Source: Calditrichia bacterium
Lineage (GTDB): Bacteria; Calditrichota; Calditrichia; JAJRVZ01
Reading direction: 5' to 3'
NCBI GenBank assembly: GCA_963796965.1
Contig: CAWCNS010000002.1
Location: 96,001-160,000, forward strand
Length of the DNA: 64,000 bases
In this document: in pieces, positions 22,979 to 33,286 of the stretch
Numbering within the stretch: the first letter of the stretch is position 1
Layout: the number at the start of each line of letters is the position of its first letter
Program-made: the position numbers and the translations under genes
The notes under the pieces: generated by a model
Told to the model about the DNA's origin: nothing
The model's input: only the letters and a program-made list of their open reading frames with translations
Databases searched by the model: none

Positions 22979-23425
22979 CTAATAAAATTCTCTAATCTTA
23001 TTTCTCCTGTAGGTAAAGATCCTCTCAATATCTCTTTTAACAAAAAATCGATTTATCAGGGGACTTAAGATCCAGCCACTGATCTGATATTGCACACTAT
23101 CCCGGATAAGACAGCCTCCCTCCACTGCGTTGAAGGTGTGTTCATGAATCCATTGCTTATAAGGCCCCTTAAGCTGTTCATCAATAAATCTATAGGGTGG
23201 TTCCCACACTGTTATTTTCGTCTTCCAATTTATAGGTAAACCGTACAAGGAAAGTCGATAGTCGATCAAAGTTCCTGCTGACATTTTTATTGGTTGGGCT
23301 GTTATAATTTTAAACTTGAGCCAGGGTGGTGTTATTTTTTGCAGATTCGCGGGCTCACTGAAGAATTTAAACACTTCTTCTACAGGGGCCTTTACTTTCA
23401 TTTCTGTCTCATATATGTTGTTCAT
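22979..23425 (-). CDS. SRPBCC/START-like protein
   Basis: VFKFFSEPANLQKITPPW...FIDEQLKGPYKQWIHEH. Confidence 0.88.
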   Translation of the reverse strand: MNNIYETEMKVKAPVEEVFKFFSEPANLQKITPPWLKFKIITAQPIKMSAGTLIDYRLSLYGLPINWKTKITVWEPPYRFIDEQLKGPYKQWIHEHTFNAVEGGCLIRDSVQYQISGWILSPLINRFFVKRDIERIFTYRRNKIREFY

Positions 23426-23442
23426 ATTATGGTCTTCTTTAA

Positions 23443-23637
23443 TTGCGTAGCGACGCAGAGGACTTTAAGAAAAATGACAAAAGAATTAAGAATAAAGTTA
23501 TCAGAGAGTAAAATACTTATTATTTCTATCCTCAGTCCATATTCTTTTTAAGTTATAGATTATGTAATCCCCATATGGCGATAGGATATCGATTGAGTTA
23601 TAGAGCCTTTCAATTATTTCTGCGTCGCTCCGCGAAA
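23443..23637. repeat. Inverted-repeat element (GCGACGCAGA arms) with AT-rich spacer
   Basis: ttgcgtagcgacgcaga...tctgcgtcgctccgcgaa. Confidence 0.65.
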
Positions 23638-23644
23638 TTGTGTA

Positions 23645-25146
23645 TCAAGCGAAAATACCCTTGAGCGGCACGGTTAAAACCGGCTCTTCCCGCAGACTTC
23701 CGATTTCAAAATTTCATTCGCTGAAAACAGCGCCGAGGTCGTTGCTGCTTCCATTAGCATCGCCGGTACAGGCAATTTCACCCAATCACCGGCAAGATAC
23801 AGACCTGGCACTCCGTTTTAAAATCGGGTCGTGGATTCATACAAATTGGTATGAAAAGCCGTAAAATCATCCCGGAATTGAAAATGTTCATATTTAATCT
23901 GACAATCCTTTTGTCTCCGGGAAATAGCTTTCAAATTCACTCAATAAATGTTGTCTTACTTCTTCACCATTTGTCATATCATTTGGAACAGCGTAGGAAT
24001 GTAATTCAAAAATGCCACCACCATTCTGTTTAACCCAGTCCGCCGATGATTTTTCCATTTGGTGATAGATAGTCACCGAGTCAAGAATTTTTAACGCATC
24101 TGTAAAAATAAAAAAGGGCAACTCTCCCTCCACATTTTTATCTATCCAAATACGTAAAACAGCATAATTCTGCGAGGTTTTTACATTTTCGATTTGTTGT
24201 GCTGTTTTGGGAAAAGTAATCTTCAACGTTTGCGATTTATTTAAAAGGTTGGGCGTATTTTTTACATCACTGGCAATTATTAGGTAATCAAAACGATTTC
24301 CGTGAATTACAAATTTTTCTTCTTCATACCCTATTTCCTCAACCGGACTTTCAAGGTGAATCTTCGATCCATAAGGCTTAAGGAATGTTCGAAAAGGCTG
24401 CCATAGTGTTTTTTCAAAATCGTCATTCAGCACATCATATATGATCCCTAAATCATTGCTTAGAAAGTAGAAATGAAAACTTTTGATCAACTCAGCCATC
24501 GACATATACTGAGGCTCAGAAAAAAAGCTCTGGAGAATGTGGTAAAGACTAATTGTAGTTCTTTAGGAAGATTAGCGGCATCAGAGAAGTCTTTAAATGA
24601 TATGGCATCAAATTTTTCAAATGTTTTTTCACGGTTATAACGCAGGAGAGGCATCATCCTTTTAGCTTTTTCAAGGGACATCATGTCGGATAATGAATAA
24701 ATTTTCTGGCGGGCCATGGATATTAAATTAAATATCGGTGTCGTATCAATATTTCGAAAACTGAATTCACCTATAGATTGTGTTTTTATCAGATAATCAC
24801 TTAAAGGAATTAAATACCTGGCCGCATCAATAGTCCCTAACAATCGTAATAGATTGTAATACTGACGAAAGAATCCATGAAAGCCATGTTCCACATTGGT
24901 TTGATATCCATCTTCAAAAGTCACCGGCCAGGAACCGATTTTGCCTCCAATAAATGAATCTTTCTCAAAGACTTCAACCTGAAATCCCCTCGGAGCCAGA
25001 TAGGCTGCGGCCGACATTCCTGCTAATCCACTGCCAATAATTGCCACTTTTTTGCTATCTGATAAATTCGAAGGCTTGCTTTCGTCGATAGTATTGTACT
25101 GCTGTTTGTATCCCTTTAGACGGGATTTAATGAGTTTTTTTAGCAT
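23645..25146 (-). CDS. crtU: CrtU-like FAD oxidoreductase (carotenoid phi-ring synthase family); several frameshifts
   Basis: IIGSGLAG, EHGFHGFFRQYYNL, ELHSYAV, and manually read C-terminus GLYLAGDWVKLPVPAMLMEAATTS...VPLKGIFA*; lies in the crt cluster. Confidence 0.75.
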
Positions 25147-25199
25147 GATCTTTTTTTCACTTAACTAATTTTATAATTATTTTTGTTGCCTTAAATTAA

Positions 25200-25245
25200 C
25201 CTCCCCATAACCCCCCCTTACTAAGGAGGGGGAAAAAGGGGGTTG
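25200..25245. repeat. CCCCCTT..AAGGGGG REP-like palindrome
   Basis: ccccccttactaaggaggggg; related copy at 31546-31632. Confidence 0.6.
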
Positions 25246-25270
25246 TAAATTTCGTTAACTATTTTAAATA

Positions 25271-25438
25271 TTCTCGCGCAGCAACGCAAAGACGCAGCGT
25301 GAATTAATAATATAAACACAATTAAAAAGAGAAAATAGTCATACATTCTTATTGTATTTAGTAACCTAAGATTCATTTTGTATTTTGTATCTTGTATTTT
25401 TTATTATACTCCTTTGCGTCTTAGCGGCTTTGCGTGAA
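25271..25438. repeat. 9-nt-periodic inverted-repeat element (CGCAAAG type)
   Basis: ttctcgcgcagcaacgcaaagacgca...tttgcgtcttagcggctttgcgtgaa. Confidence 0.65.
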
Positions 25439-25471
25439 AAAAAAGTCTATACAAAAGTAAAGTGAATATAT

Positions 25472-26216
25472 TTATAATGCTGGCTTTTTGGCGATGAAAG
25501 TAAACAAAATAAATCGTCGCCAGCTATGCTGAGGATAGACGGCAATATCCTGAAATCCAGTTTTAGCTAATAAATCTCTGAGCGCCTTTGGCGATAAAAA
25601 GTTTAACACACTTTTTATTAAATAAGCTGAATATGGTCACATTACCGGTAATGAGTGCGCTGAATGGAATAATAAGGCCATAACCTAAAATTCGCCAGTA
25701 GAGACGGTAGAAAAAACCGGATGGCAGGGAAAATTCATGGATGGCTATCTTGCCACCGGGTTTTAGAGAATGGTAAAGATTTTTAAGACACATTTCATAA
25801 TCAGGCATATTGCGAATGCCATAGGCCATAAAGATAGCATCAACCGAATCTTTTTGCAAATCCAGATTCATCACGTCCTGTTGATCAAAACGGTATCTTT
25901 CTGCTGCATACTGTTTTCCAATATTTTTGCGGGCAACAGTAAGCATTTCATTAGAATTGTCAATACCTATCACCTGACCTTCTGGCAGGGCATTTATGCA
26001 GTGTATCGTAGATTTCCCAGTGCCACAACATAAATCGAGTAAATATTCACTTCCCTTCAAATCCATCAGATCAACACTCCGACGTAAATCTTTTGAATAG
26101 CCCTGACTCATTGTTGTAGCAAGATCATAACGACGGGCAATTTTATCAAACGTTGCCGGTACATCTTTCTTATGTCGAAGCAATCCCTCTGCATTGTTTG
26201 CAATAGTATGATTCAT
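25472..26216 (-). CDS. UbiE-like class I SAM methyltransferase (CrtT-like by context); frameshift near 25625
   Basis: FDKIARRYD, LDLCCGTG, AYGIRN, LKPGG; the shifted frame continues YLIKSVLNFL...FIAKKPAL*. Confidence 0.82.
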
Positions 26217-26220
26217 ATAA

Positions 26221-27213
26221 TTAACTAACCTTCTCTTCTTTTATCTTTCGACGCCAAAATTTCTTAAATGCCAGGGAAACTTCATCCCCTTTTACACTTA
26301 TATCCCGGAAATCTCCATTTCGACTTTTCATTATCTCCAATTGTGATTCCAGGAGAACAATGTCTTCATTTACGATCTTCTCAGATTTGCGGGCCATAAA
26401 AAATCTGGCAAATGCAGGGAAAAGGGAGAAAATATTCTTCCATAAGGTAATTTGCATCATTTCCACATGTTCCTCATCGACAGCCATTACATGCTCGAGT
26501 ATTAAAAGATTTCGTTCTTTAAAATTCGCTTGTAACCGCGACATATTGGGATAGTAAAAGCGGATACCCGCAGTAATTGCCTTGTCCCGACCAAAGTACA
26601 TCTTTTCTGCAACCGATCCCTTGTTCGCCCTGCTATATGATCCCTCTAATCCGTCTTCCAAAACATCCAAATGAAAATCTGCAGGAAAATCCTCTATTTG
26701 TCCCATAAAAGATCCAATTGAATTCCGATGTGTAAAGGCAATATGATAAGGATCTATCAGGCTCTCCGTAACAGATTCTAAGTCACCCTTAAAAACATGC
26801 GACTTGTAGGTGAAATCCCAGGCAGCCATTTCGGGAATATCTATGGGTTTAGTCACTTTGGATTTTTCTAAATCACCCAAGAAGACCCAGACCCACTTAT
26901 TGAATTCAACTACCGGATAAGATTTTACTTTAGCTGTCGGTGGTATTTTTGTATCAGGTAATTGTGAAGGTATTTTTATACATTGGCCACTTCCATCATA
27001 TTGCCAACCATGATAGCCACACACAGCCTTTCCCTTTTCAAGGTAACCAAGAGAGAGTTGAACATTTCGATGGCAACAGCGGTCTTCAAGGGCAACAATC
27101 GCTCCTTTTTCATCACGAAATATGATTATCTTTTCACCTAAAATTGTTTTTGTAATCATCTGATCTTTTATTTCCTTAATCGGACAGATCAGATACCAGT
27201 GGTTTTTTAACAT
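26221..27213 (-). CDS. Rieske non-heme iron oxygenase alpha subunit
   Basis: CCHR...CGYHGW Rieske motif; ESLIDPYHIAFTH mononuclear Fe motif; distal NED. Confidence 0.9.
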   Translation of the reverse strand: MLKNHWYLICPIKEIKDQMITKTILGEKIIIFRDEKGAIVALEDRCCHRNVQLSLGYLEKGKAVCGYHGWQYDGSGQCIKIPSQLPDTKIPPTAKVKSYPVVEFNKWVWVFLGDLEKSKVTKPIDIPEMAAWDFTYKSHVFKGDLESVTESLIDPYHIAFTHRNSIGSFMGQIEDFPADFHLDVLEDGLEGSYSRANKGSVAEKMYFGRDKAITAGIRFYYPNMSRLQANFKERNLLILEHVMAVDEEHVEMMQITLWKNIFSLFPAFARFFMARKSEKIVNEDIVLLESQLEIMKSRNGDFRDISVKGDEVSLAFKKFWRRKIKEEKVS

Positions 27214-27515
27214 TTTTAATTTTCTTTCTCCATCAAAGCTGAATAACTCTGGCAAATGCACAGTTATAGAGACGTCCCGATGGGACGTCGAACCCATGAC
27301 CAAATATATGTCAACATATTACTACGTAAAACCAATCCAGGCAGGTGCACGTATTAACCCTGCATTTAAATTAGTTGTACCTTGTAGATTCCCTGTTAAT
27401 TATTGATTATTCAATCTATGTATCCAAAGTAATATCCAATTTCCAACTGTAAATTTCCAAACAAAAAATAAATGATCATTGAATATTGGATATTGATTAT
27501 TGAATATTTAAAACG

Positions 27516-28424
27516 TCACGCCGCCCGATCCGAGATCAAAGGTGTTTGAGGAAACAGGCGTGTGCGCACTGCTTCAGAAATAAGGATTTGCGCTTTTTTG
27601 ATTTGAGGCACATAAACACGGCCCAGGAAAGGGTTATAATCCTGCAATTCAATTTTGCGGAGAATCCCACGATAGATTTTGCTTGCAGAATATATGGCAA
27701 ATTGGGCATCCCGATCAAGCATTTTAATCCCTTCTTCAGCATCTTCATAATACTGATGGGCACGGTCTATTTGATATTTCATTAATTTACTAAAATTCTC
27801 TGACATCCTCTCTTCAAAAAAGTGATCAGCGTCCAGACCAAAACTACGTATTTCATTCTGAGGAATATAAATACGGTCCATTTCTTTGTCTTCCTTTATA
27901 TCCCGCAAAATATTGGTCAATTGCATTGCTACGCCAAGTCTCTCGGCATGCTTCATCGTTGCCGGATTTTTATATCCCAAAACAGGTGTCATCATTAAGC
28001 CAACCACACCAGCAACACGGTAGGCGAAAAGATAAAGATCCTTAAATGATTCATACCGTTTGATTGAAGTATCCATGCGAACCCCATCAATTAGTTCGGT
28101 CGAGAATGTTCTTGAGATATCATACTTTTGGGCCACAGCGATATACGGTCCGATAATCGGGTGTTCAGATTCACCGGTACGATAAGCTGTTCCGATCTCG
28201 TCTTTCAGATAGTTGAGTTCATTCCGCAATTCCTCATCTGTCCTTGCTCTTGGATTGTCGGTCAGGTTATCGATATGCCGGCAAAAACCATAAAGAGCAA
28301 AGGTCGCCCATCTTTTATGTCTGGGCAAAAGACAGGTTGAAAGATAGAAACTTTTAGAATAATGCGCCGTGATTGATTTTGCATATTCAAATTGCGCTCT
28401 GTTGGTTTCATTAATATAGTCCAT
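27516..28424 (-). CDS. crtB: Phytoene synthase
   Basis: SKSFY, LYGFCRHIDNLTD, YRVAGVVG, QLTNILRDIKED...RIYIP. Confidence 0.93.
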   Translation of the reverse strand: MDYINETNRAQFEYAKSITAHYSKSFYLSTCLLPRHKRWATFALYGFCRHIDNLTDNPRARTDEELRNELNYLKDEIGTAYRTGESEHPIIGPYIAVAQKYDISRTFSTELIDGVRMDTSIKRYESFKDLYLFAYRVAGVVGLMMTPVLGYKNPATMKHAERLGVAMQLTNILRDIKEDKEMDRIYIPQNEIRSFGLDADHFFEERMSENFSKLMKYQIDRAHQYYEDAEEGIKMLDRDAQFAIYSASKIYRGILRKIELQDYNPFLGRVYVPQIKKAQILISEAVRTRLFPQTPLISDRAA

Positions 28425-29944
28425 CAGATTGTTTCCCCAATTTTTTTCTCAATTTCACCTGCAGTTAATTTCAAATCTTCTTTAATTATTTTTTCCGTCG
28501 CTTCGGCAGTAAGTAAAACTCCAGGAAGTCCCGCTCCAGGATGTGTACCGGCTCCCGTGAGATACAACCCATTCACATCCTCACTGCGATTATGCGGCCT
28601 AAAAACGGCAGTCTGCAACAGATGAGGCTCAAGACCCCACGGAGATCCCAGAAAAGAATTTCGCTGTATCTGGAAATCGGTTGGGGCAAATGTCTCTATA
28701 ACCTCGATATTATTTTGCAGATCTTTCATTCCAAAATCATGTTCCAGATAATCCAGAATCTTTTTTGTAAATGGTTCTCGCATCTTATCCCAATCTATAT
28801 CACCAGCCAGATTACTAACTGGAATCAACACATACATACTTTCACTGCCTTCCGGGGCCATGGAAGAATCCGTCCGTGTCGGTGCATGTAAATACATTGA
28901 AAAATCTTCCGGCAGAATTTTTTTCTTAAAAATATCATTGATTAAATCCTTGTACCGTTCCGAGAGGATAAGCGTGTGATGCAATAATTCAGGATATTGT
29001 TTCTTTGTGCCCAAATAAATAAGAAAAGCACTCATTGATTGATCAGCCTTATCAATTTTTTTATCCATCCATTTTTTTCTATACTTTTCAGCGATCAAAT
29101 GTTTATAGGTATGGGAAACATCCGCATTGGACACAACCACATCTGCCGGGAAAAAGGTATCATTTGCTAAGACTCCGGTTGTTTTGCCCTTTTCAACAAT
29201 AATTTCCTGAACCGGGTGATTGGTTTTAATTGAGCCTCCTATCTCGCTAAAAACCGTCTCGAAAGCCTTTACTAATGAATACATGCCCCCTTCCGTAAAC
29301 CAAACGCCCTCAGCTTTTTCTAAGTAAGGAATCATCAGATAGATAGCTGGCGCACGAAAGGGATTTGCCCCAATAAACAAAGGGTGAAATGAATACATAA
29401 AACGGTTGTTAGGATGTTTGAAATAGCGGCTGACAAACATATAAGCTGGTAACAAAGCTTTAAGCCGAAGTGCTTTAGGTACAAATTCGAGCATCTTTTT
29501 CCAACTCATAAATGGTTCTGATCCGAGACCATCAGTTATAACGGCATCATATATCTTTTTACACTCGTACATAAAACGGTCAAAGTTCTTTGCATCCCTC
29601 GGATCATATTTTGCCATTTGGACTTTCATATCTTCATTGTCGCCACTGTAATCCACATAACTCTTATCGTGAAAATATATCCTGTAATACGGATCAAGTT
29701 TGATCAAATTCATATAGTTGGCCATATTACGTCCTGCTGCCTGAAATACACTTTCAATAATCGAAGGGGCTGTAATTAAAGAAGGGCCCATATCGAATGT
29801 ATAACCACTCAATTTCAATTGAGATGCATGTCCACCAACATTCTCATTTTTTTCTAATATGGTTACCTCTAACCCAAGAGACTTTAGTCGTATAGCAGTA
29901 GCAAGACCACCAAAGCCAGACCCTATAACAATTACTTTTTTCAT
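28424..29944 (-). CDS. crtI: Phytoene desaturase (CrtI family)
   Basis: VIGSGFGGL, FDMGPSLIT, FRPHNRS, GAGTHPGAGLPGV. Confidence 0.92.
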   Translation of the reverse strand: MKKVIVIGSGFGGLATAIRLKSLGLEVTILEKNENVGGHASQLKLSGYTFDMGPSLITAPSIIESVFQAAGRNMANYMNLIKLDPYYRIYFHDKSYVDYSGDNEDMKVQMAKYDPRDAKNFDRFMYECKKIYDAVITDGLGSEPFMSWKKMLEFVPKALRLKALLPAYMFVSRYFKHPNNRFMYSFHPLFIGANPFRAPAIYLMIPYLEKAEGVWFTEGGMYSLVKAFETVFSEIGGSIKTNHPVQEIIVEKGKTTGVLANDTFFPADVVVSNADVSHTYKHLIAEKYRKKWMDKKIDKADQSMSAFLIYLGTKKQYPELLHHTLILSERYKDLINDIFKKKILPEDFSMYLHAPTRTDSSMAPEGSESMYVLIPVSNLAGDIDWDKMREPFTKKILDYLEHDFGMKDLQNNIEVIETFAPTDFQIQRNSFLGSPWGLEPHLLQTAVFRPHNRSEDVNGLYLTGAGTHPGAGLPGVLLTAEATEKIIKEDLKLTAGEIEKKIGETI

Positions 29945-30639
29945 GTGTTGACTCTTTTCACATCGGTTAAAAATATTGTTTTAAATTTTTCATAGAGGAT
30001 GGTACACAAAAACAACAAGGAAATACCATAGCCAAAATCCTCTACAGGAATTGTAAAAACTCTCATACCTAATTGGTAAGACTCGCCATAAAGAACCACC
30101 GGCCTGGCGGTCAGGTAGCCATTAAAAATGAGAGTAAGGATTATAATAACACCTAAGTACCAATAAAAACGCTTCTGATAAACCAGATTTGTCGCCAAAA
30201 ATTTGTCAACCATGATGGCCAGGCTGAGTGCAAACATGACTAATCCTGTATACTCTTTTCCATTAATAAAGAGCAACACGCCAGCCAGTGGCATAATGTA
30301 GGCCAGTATTTGAACCATATCACCAAAAGCAACATAAAAATCCGGAATATATTTTTTTATCATTTCCCATGTAAAAAGACAGGCAAATGGTACGGTAATA
30401 AAAAACAGTATTTCTTCAATCGGTAAATGTGCCAATCTCAGATCCATTGTGAATAATTCATTAAACATCCAATGCCGATTCGTCACAAGGGAATCCCATA
30501 TAATAAAAGGGATAGCTACAATGATTATAGACAAAAAAACATATTTCCACCGATCAATAAAATAAAATCGCTTCATTGAACCAAATGTAAGCGGTCCCGC
30601 TAAAACAAAAATATTAAATATCAGGTACTCCAGATTCAT
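29941..30639 (-). CDS. Membrane lycopene cyclase (fused CrtYc/Yd type)
   Basis: Two repeats ending LPIEEILFF and IPVEDFGY; overlaps the crtI start. Confidence 0.85.
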   Translation of the reverse strand: MNLEYLIFNIFVLAGPLTFGSMKRFYFIDRWKYVFLSIIIVAIPFIIWDSLVTNRHWMFNELFTMDLRLAHLPIEEILFFITVPFACLFTWEMIKKYIPDFYVAFGDMVQILAYIMPLAGVLLFINGKEYTGLVMFALSLAIMVDKFLATNLVYQKRFYWYLGVIIILTLIFNGYLTARPVVLYGESYQLGMRVFTIPVEDFGYGISLLFLCTILYEKFKTIFLTDVKRVNT

Positions 30640-30897
30640 TTCATTTCCAGATGCAATTCATTTGTTTGATTTAATTAGCCTTAATCGAAAAAATCCAATA
30701 GGTATTATCCTCTCAGATTTATACCCTATAACTGACTCAAAATGGAATATATTCCCCAAATGAGCGTTTTGGGCGTTTTTTAAAAAATTAATTTTATTTC
30801 CGTTAAATTTTTGTTTATATAGATTTTATGATCTGCTTTGTATGGGAAAGAGACAAAAAAAGTTTAAAATAACTAGTTAATTTAATTCAGGAGGATT

Positions 30898-31413
30898 CTA
30901 TATTTTGAGATACTTATATTTTAGAATATGTTTATGATGCAGCTCATGCCCGGCAATAATAAATGCAACTGATCTAACTGTAAATATCTGTCTACTGGCC
31001 ACGCCCTTATTATTCAGCATCAAATCATCAAAACCGGAAAAAAGTGTATGCGTACATTCACGCATTGATCTATATTCATCATTTAAATCGATTAATGTTC
31101 GTGAATCAAAATTCGCCGATTCGATATATTTATCCTGATCAAACTCTGCCAGGGGTGTCTGGTCTTGTCGTGCAAAACGTAATGCCCGATAAGAAAATAC
31201 ACGTTCAACATCCATCATATGGCCAAGAACTTCTTTTATTGACCACTTATTATCCGCATACCTGAAGCCGGACGCTTCTTCACTAATATTGTTGAATAAA
31301 TGGACCATTTCATTTTTCTGCCGATCAAGGACATTGAGAATATTATCGTCCTCTATTAATTTGACATAACGGCCATAATAAGATGGGTATTCATTTTGTT
31401 CTGGTTTACGCAT
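30898..31413 (-). CDS. DinB/YfiT family protein
   Basis: KWSIKEVLGHMMDVER...GHELHH. Confidence 0.88.
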   Translation of the reverse strand: MRKPEQNEYPSYYGRYVKLIEDDNILNVLDRQKNEMVHLFNNISEEASGFRYADNKWSIKEVLGHMMDVERVFSYRALRFARQDQTPLAEFDQDKYIESANFDSRTLIDLNDEYRSMRECTHTLFSGFDDLMLNNKGVASRQIFTVRSVAFIIAGHELHHKHILKYKYLKI

Positions 31414-31545
31414 AGTGCATTTATCCTAGTTTAATCTATTTGAAATATAGCGGCCTTAGCACTTTCTCTTTGCCCTCCACCCTCAGCGGCTGCTGCTGTA
31501 TCGGGAGATTTAAATAATACTTGGTGTAGTCCCGTATGACGGGAT

Positions 31546-31632
31546 TTCCCCCTTGGAAAGGGGGACTAAGGGGGATGTTATTTCCCTGTAAGTTGTGTAA
31601 AAACATCCCCCTAACCCCCTTCAAAGGGGGAA
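31546..31632. repeat. Paired CCCCCTT..AAGGGGG REP-like element
   Basis: ttcccccttggaaagggggactaagggggatgtt...aacatccccctaacccccttcaaagggggaa. Confidence 0.75.
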
Positions 31633-31663
31633 TTAGATTTTGCTTATTCGAGCAGTTATTCTC

Positions 31664-32440
31664 TTATGCTTTCTTATTCTTCACCGCAATCAATTCAGCA
31701 ACAATACTCACGGCAATTTCTTCAGGCGTTTGGGCAGCAATATCAAGGCCAATCGGTGAATGAATTTTTTCGACTAAACTTTTATCGAATCCTTCTTCTA
31801 TCAGTTGTGCAAAGACCTGTTTCTTTTTTACCTTACTGGCTATTAATCCCAGATAATTAACCGGATATTTTAAAATTACCTTCAATGCTTGATAATCCAA
31901 CTCGTGAGAACGGGTTACTATCGCAACATAATCCGTTTCCGAAATATTGACCTTCTCCTCTATCTCTTCTGCCTTAGCAGAAATAATTTCTTTGGCACCA
32001 GGAAACCGGTCGACTCCCGAAAATTCGAGCCTATCTTCAACAATTGTATAGTTAAATCCTGTTTGCGCTGCCAGCCGGGCTAGTGGAAGTGCCACATGAC
32101 CGCCACCAAAAATTATAAGATGTGGTTGAATACCAATCGGTTCGACAAAAAACTCCATTTTTCCACCACAGATCATACCCGTATCATCCTTTGCATGATC
32201 ATCAAGATCATGCCATTCTTTATAATAGTTACCTGTTCGAATACTCTCTTTTGCCTTTTCAATCATCATTGCCTCAACAGCAGAGCCACCAACTGTTCCA
32301 TAAACATTTCCATCAGAACACACCATCATTTTGGTACCGGTTCCCCTTGGTGTGGATCCTTTTGTAGCAATAATTGTTACTAAGGCCGCCGATTTATTTT
32401 GTGCTCTTAGTTCCGTGATCTTATCAAAAATGTCAATCAT
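31664..32440 (-). CDS. xdhC: XdhC/CoxI molybdoenzyme maturation factor
   Basis: KGSTPR, GMICGG, IFGGGHVA, SPIGLDIAAQTPEEIAVSI. Confidence 0.9.
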   Translation of the reverse strand: MIDIFDKITELRAQNKSAALVTIIATKGSTPRGTGTKMMVCSDGNVYGTVGGSAVEAMMIEKAKESIRTGNYYKEWHDLDDHAKDDTGMICGGKMEFFVEPIGIQPHLIIFGGGHVALPLARLAAQTGFNYTIVEDRLEFSGVDRFPGAKEIISAKAEEIEEKVNISETDYVAIVTRSHELDYQALKVILKYPVNYLGLIASKVKKKQVFAQLIEEGFDKSLVEKIHSPIGLDIAAQTPEEIAVSIVAELIAVKNKKA

Positions 32441-32522
32441 GCAATACTCCCGAATTATTCAATTCCTAATTCCTAATTCCTAATTTAAAAAGATAATCTG
32501 TCTCCATTAAAAAGGCAAATTT

Positions 32523-33131
32523 TCAGATATATGTCTGATAGTCAATTGGTGTATCAATATCTAATATGACACCTTTATCCATTATTTCTAAATGCTGAAC
32601 CTGCTTGGAATATTTGTCAACTACATACCGGGCTCCCCGGTTCAGTGGCGCATTTAAAAGATCTGAAAAATATTTTTTTCCGAAATAAACTGGATGTCCC
32701 CGTCGACCCCTAAATACAGGGATGATTATTTCATCATTTTTTTTCTGTGCCTCATTATAAAGGAATTTATACGTAGATAGTTTTACCAGAGGATGGTCAA
32801 CCAGGGTTTGCAATAATCCGTTACAATCTGGCGGAAGTTCGTTTATGGCTATTTGAAGCGAAGATAATTGTCCCTGTTCAGGATTTGGATTTCTGAGTAA
32901 ATTGATTTTATTATCATCGGGAAGACTTTCTTTTACTAATTCATAGTTTGTACCAAGAACCAGAATGAGTGGATCAAAATACGCTGCTACAAGATTTTTA
33001 ATGATGGTGTTGAGGAAGGTTTTTCCATTTAGATTAAGCAATGCTTTCGGTTGCCCCATCCGTTTTGAATCCCCGGCAGAAAGTATTACCCCGGCAATAT
33101 TCTTTTTATCCACACCTATTTCTCTTTTCAA
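32523..33131 (-). CDS. Molybdenum cofactor cytidylyltransferase (MocA-like)
   Basis: ILSAGDSKRMGQPKALL, GQLSSL, GHPVYF, DIDTP; adjacent to xdhC. Confidence 0.85.
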   Translation of the reverse strand: MKREIGVDKKNIAGVILSAGDSKRMGQPKALLNLNGKTFLNTIIKNLVAAYFDPLILVLGTNYELVKESLPDDNKINLLRNPNPEQGQLSSLQIAINELPPDCNGLLQTLVDHPLVKLSTYKFLYNEAQKKNDEIIIPVFRGRRGHPVYFGKKYFSDLLNAPLNRGARYVVDKYSKQVQHLEIMDKGVILDIDTPIDYQTYI

Positions 33132-33141
33132 TTAAACAGAC

Positions 33142-33224
33142 AAACACAAAGTACACAAAGAAAACACAGAGATCACAAAGTTTTATATAATATTTTCTTA
33201 GTGCACTTTGTGTTCTTTGTGTTT
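33142..33224. repeat. 9-nt-periodic inverted-repeat element (ACACAAAG type)
   Basis: aaacacaaagtacacaaagaaaacacagagatcacaaag...ctttgtgttctttgtgttt. Confidence 0.75.
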
Positions 33225-33255
33225 ATAAAGAGATAGTACGTTGAGAATATAAACT

Positions 33256-33278
33256 AAAAAGCCTCCCGAGGGAGGCTT
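33256..33278 (-). terminator. Intrinsic terminator after pfk
   Basis: AAGCCTCC stem followed by a T run on the minus strand. Confidence 0.8.
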
Positions 33279-33286
33279 AGTCATTA

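Noticed and set aside
30640..30897. LitR/CarH operator upstream of the crt cluster
   Set aside because: The region is AT-rich with no convincing repeated operator motif, and no such regulator is in the window.
31436..31763. ORFs 31436-31624 and 31536-31763
   Set aside because: They translate the CCCCCTT/AAGGGGG palindromic element and the antisense of xdhC.
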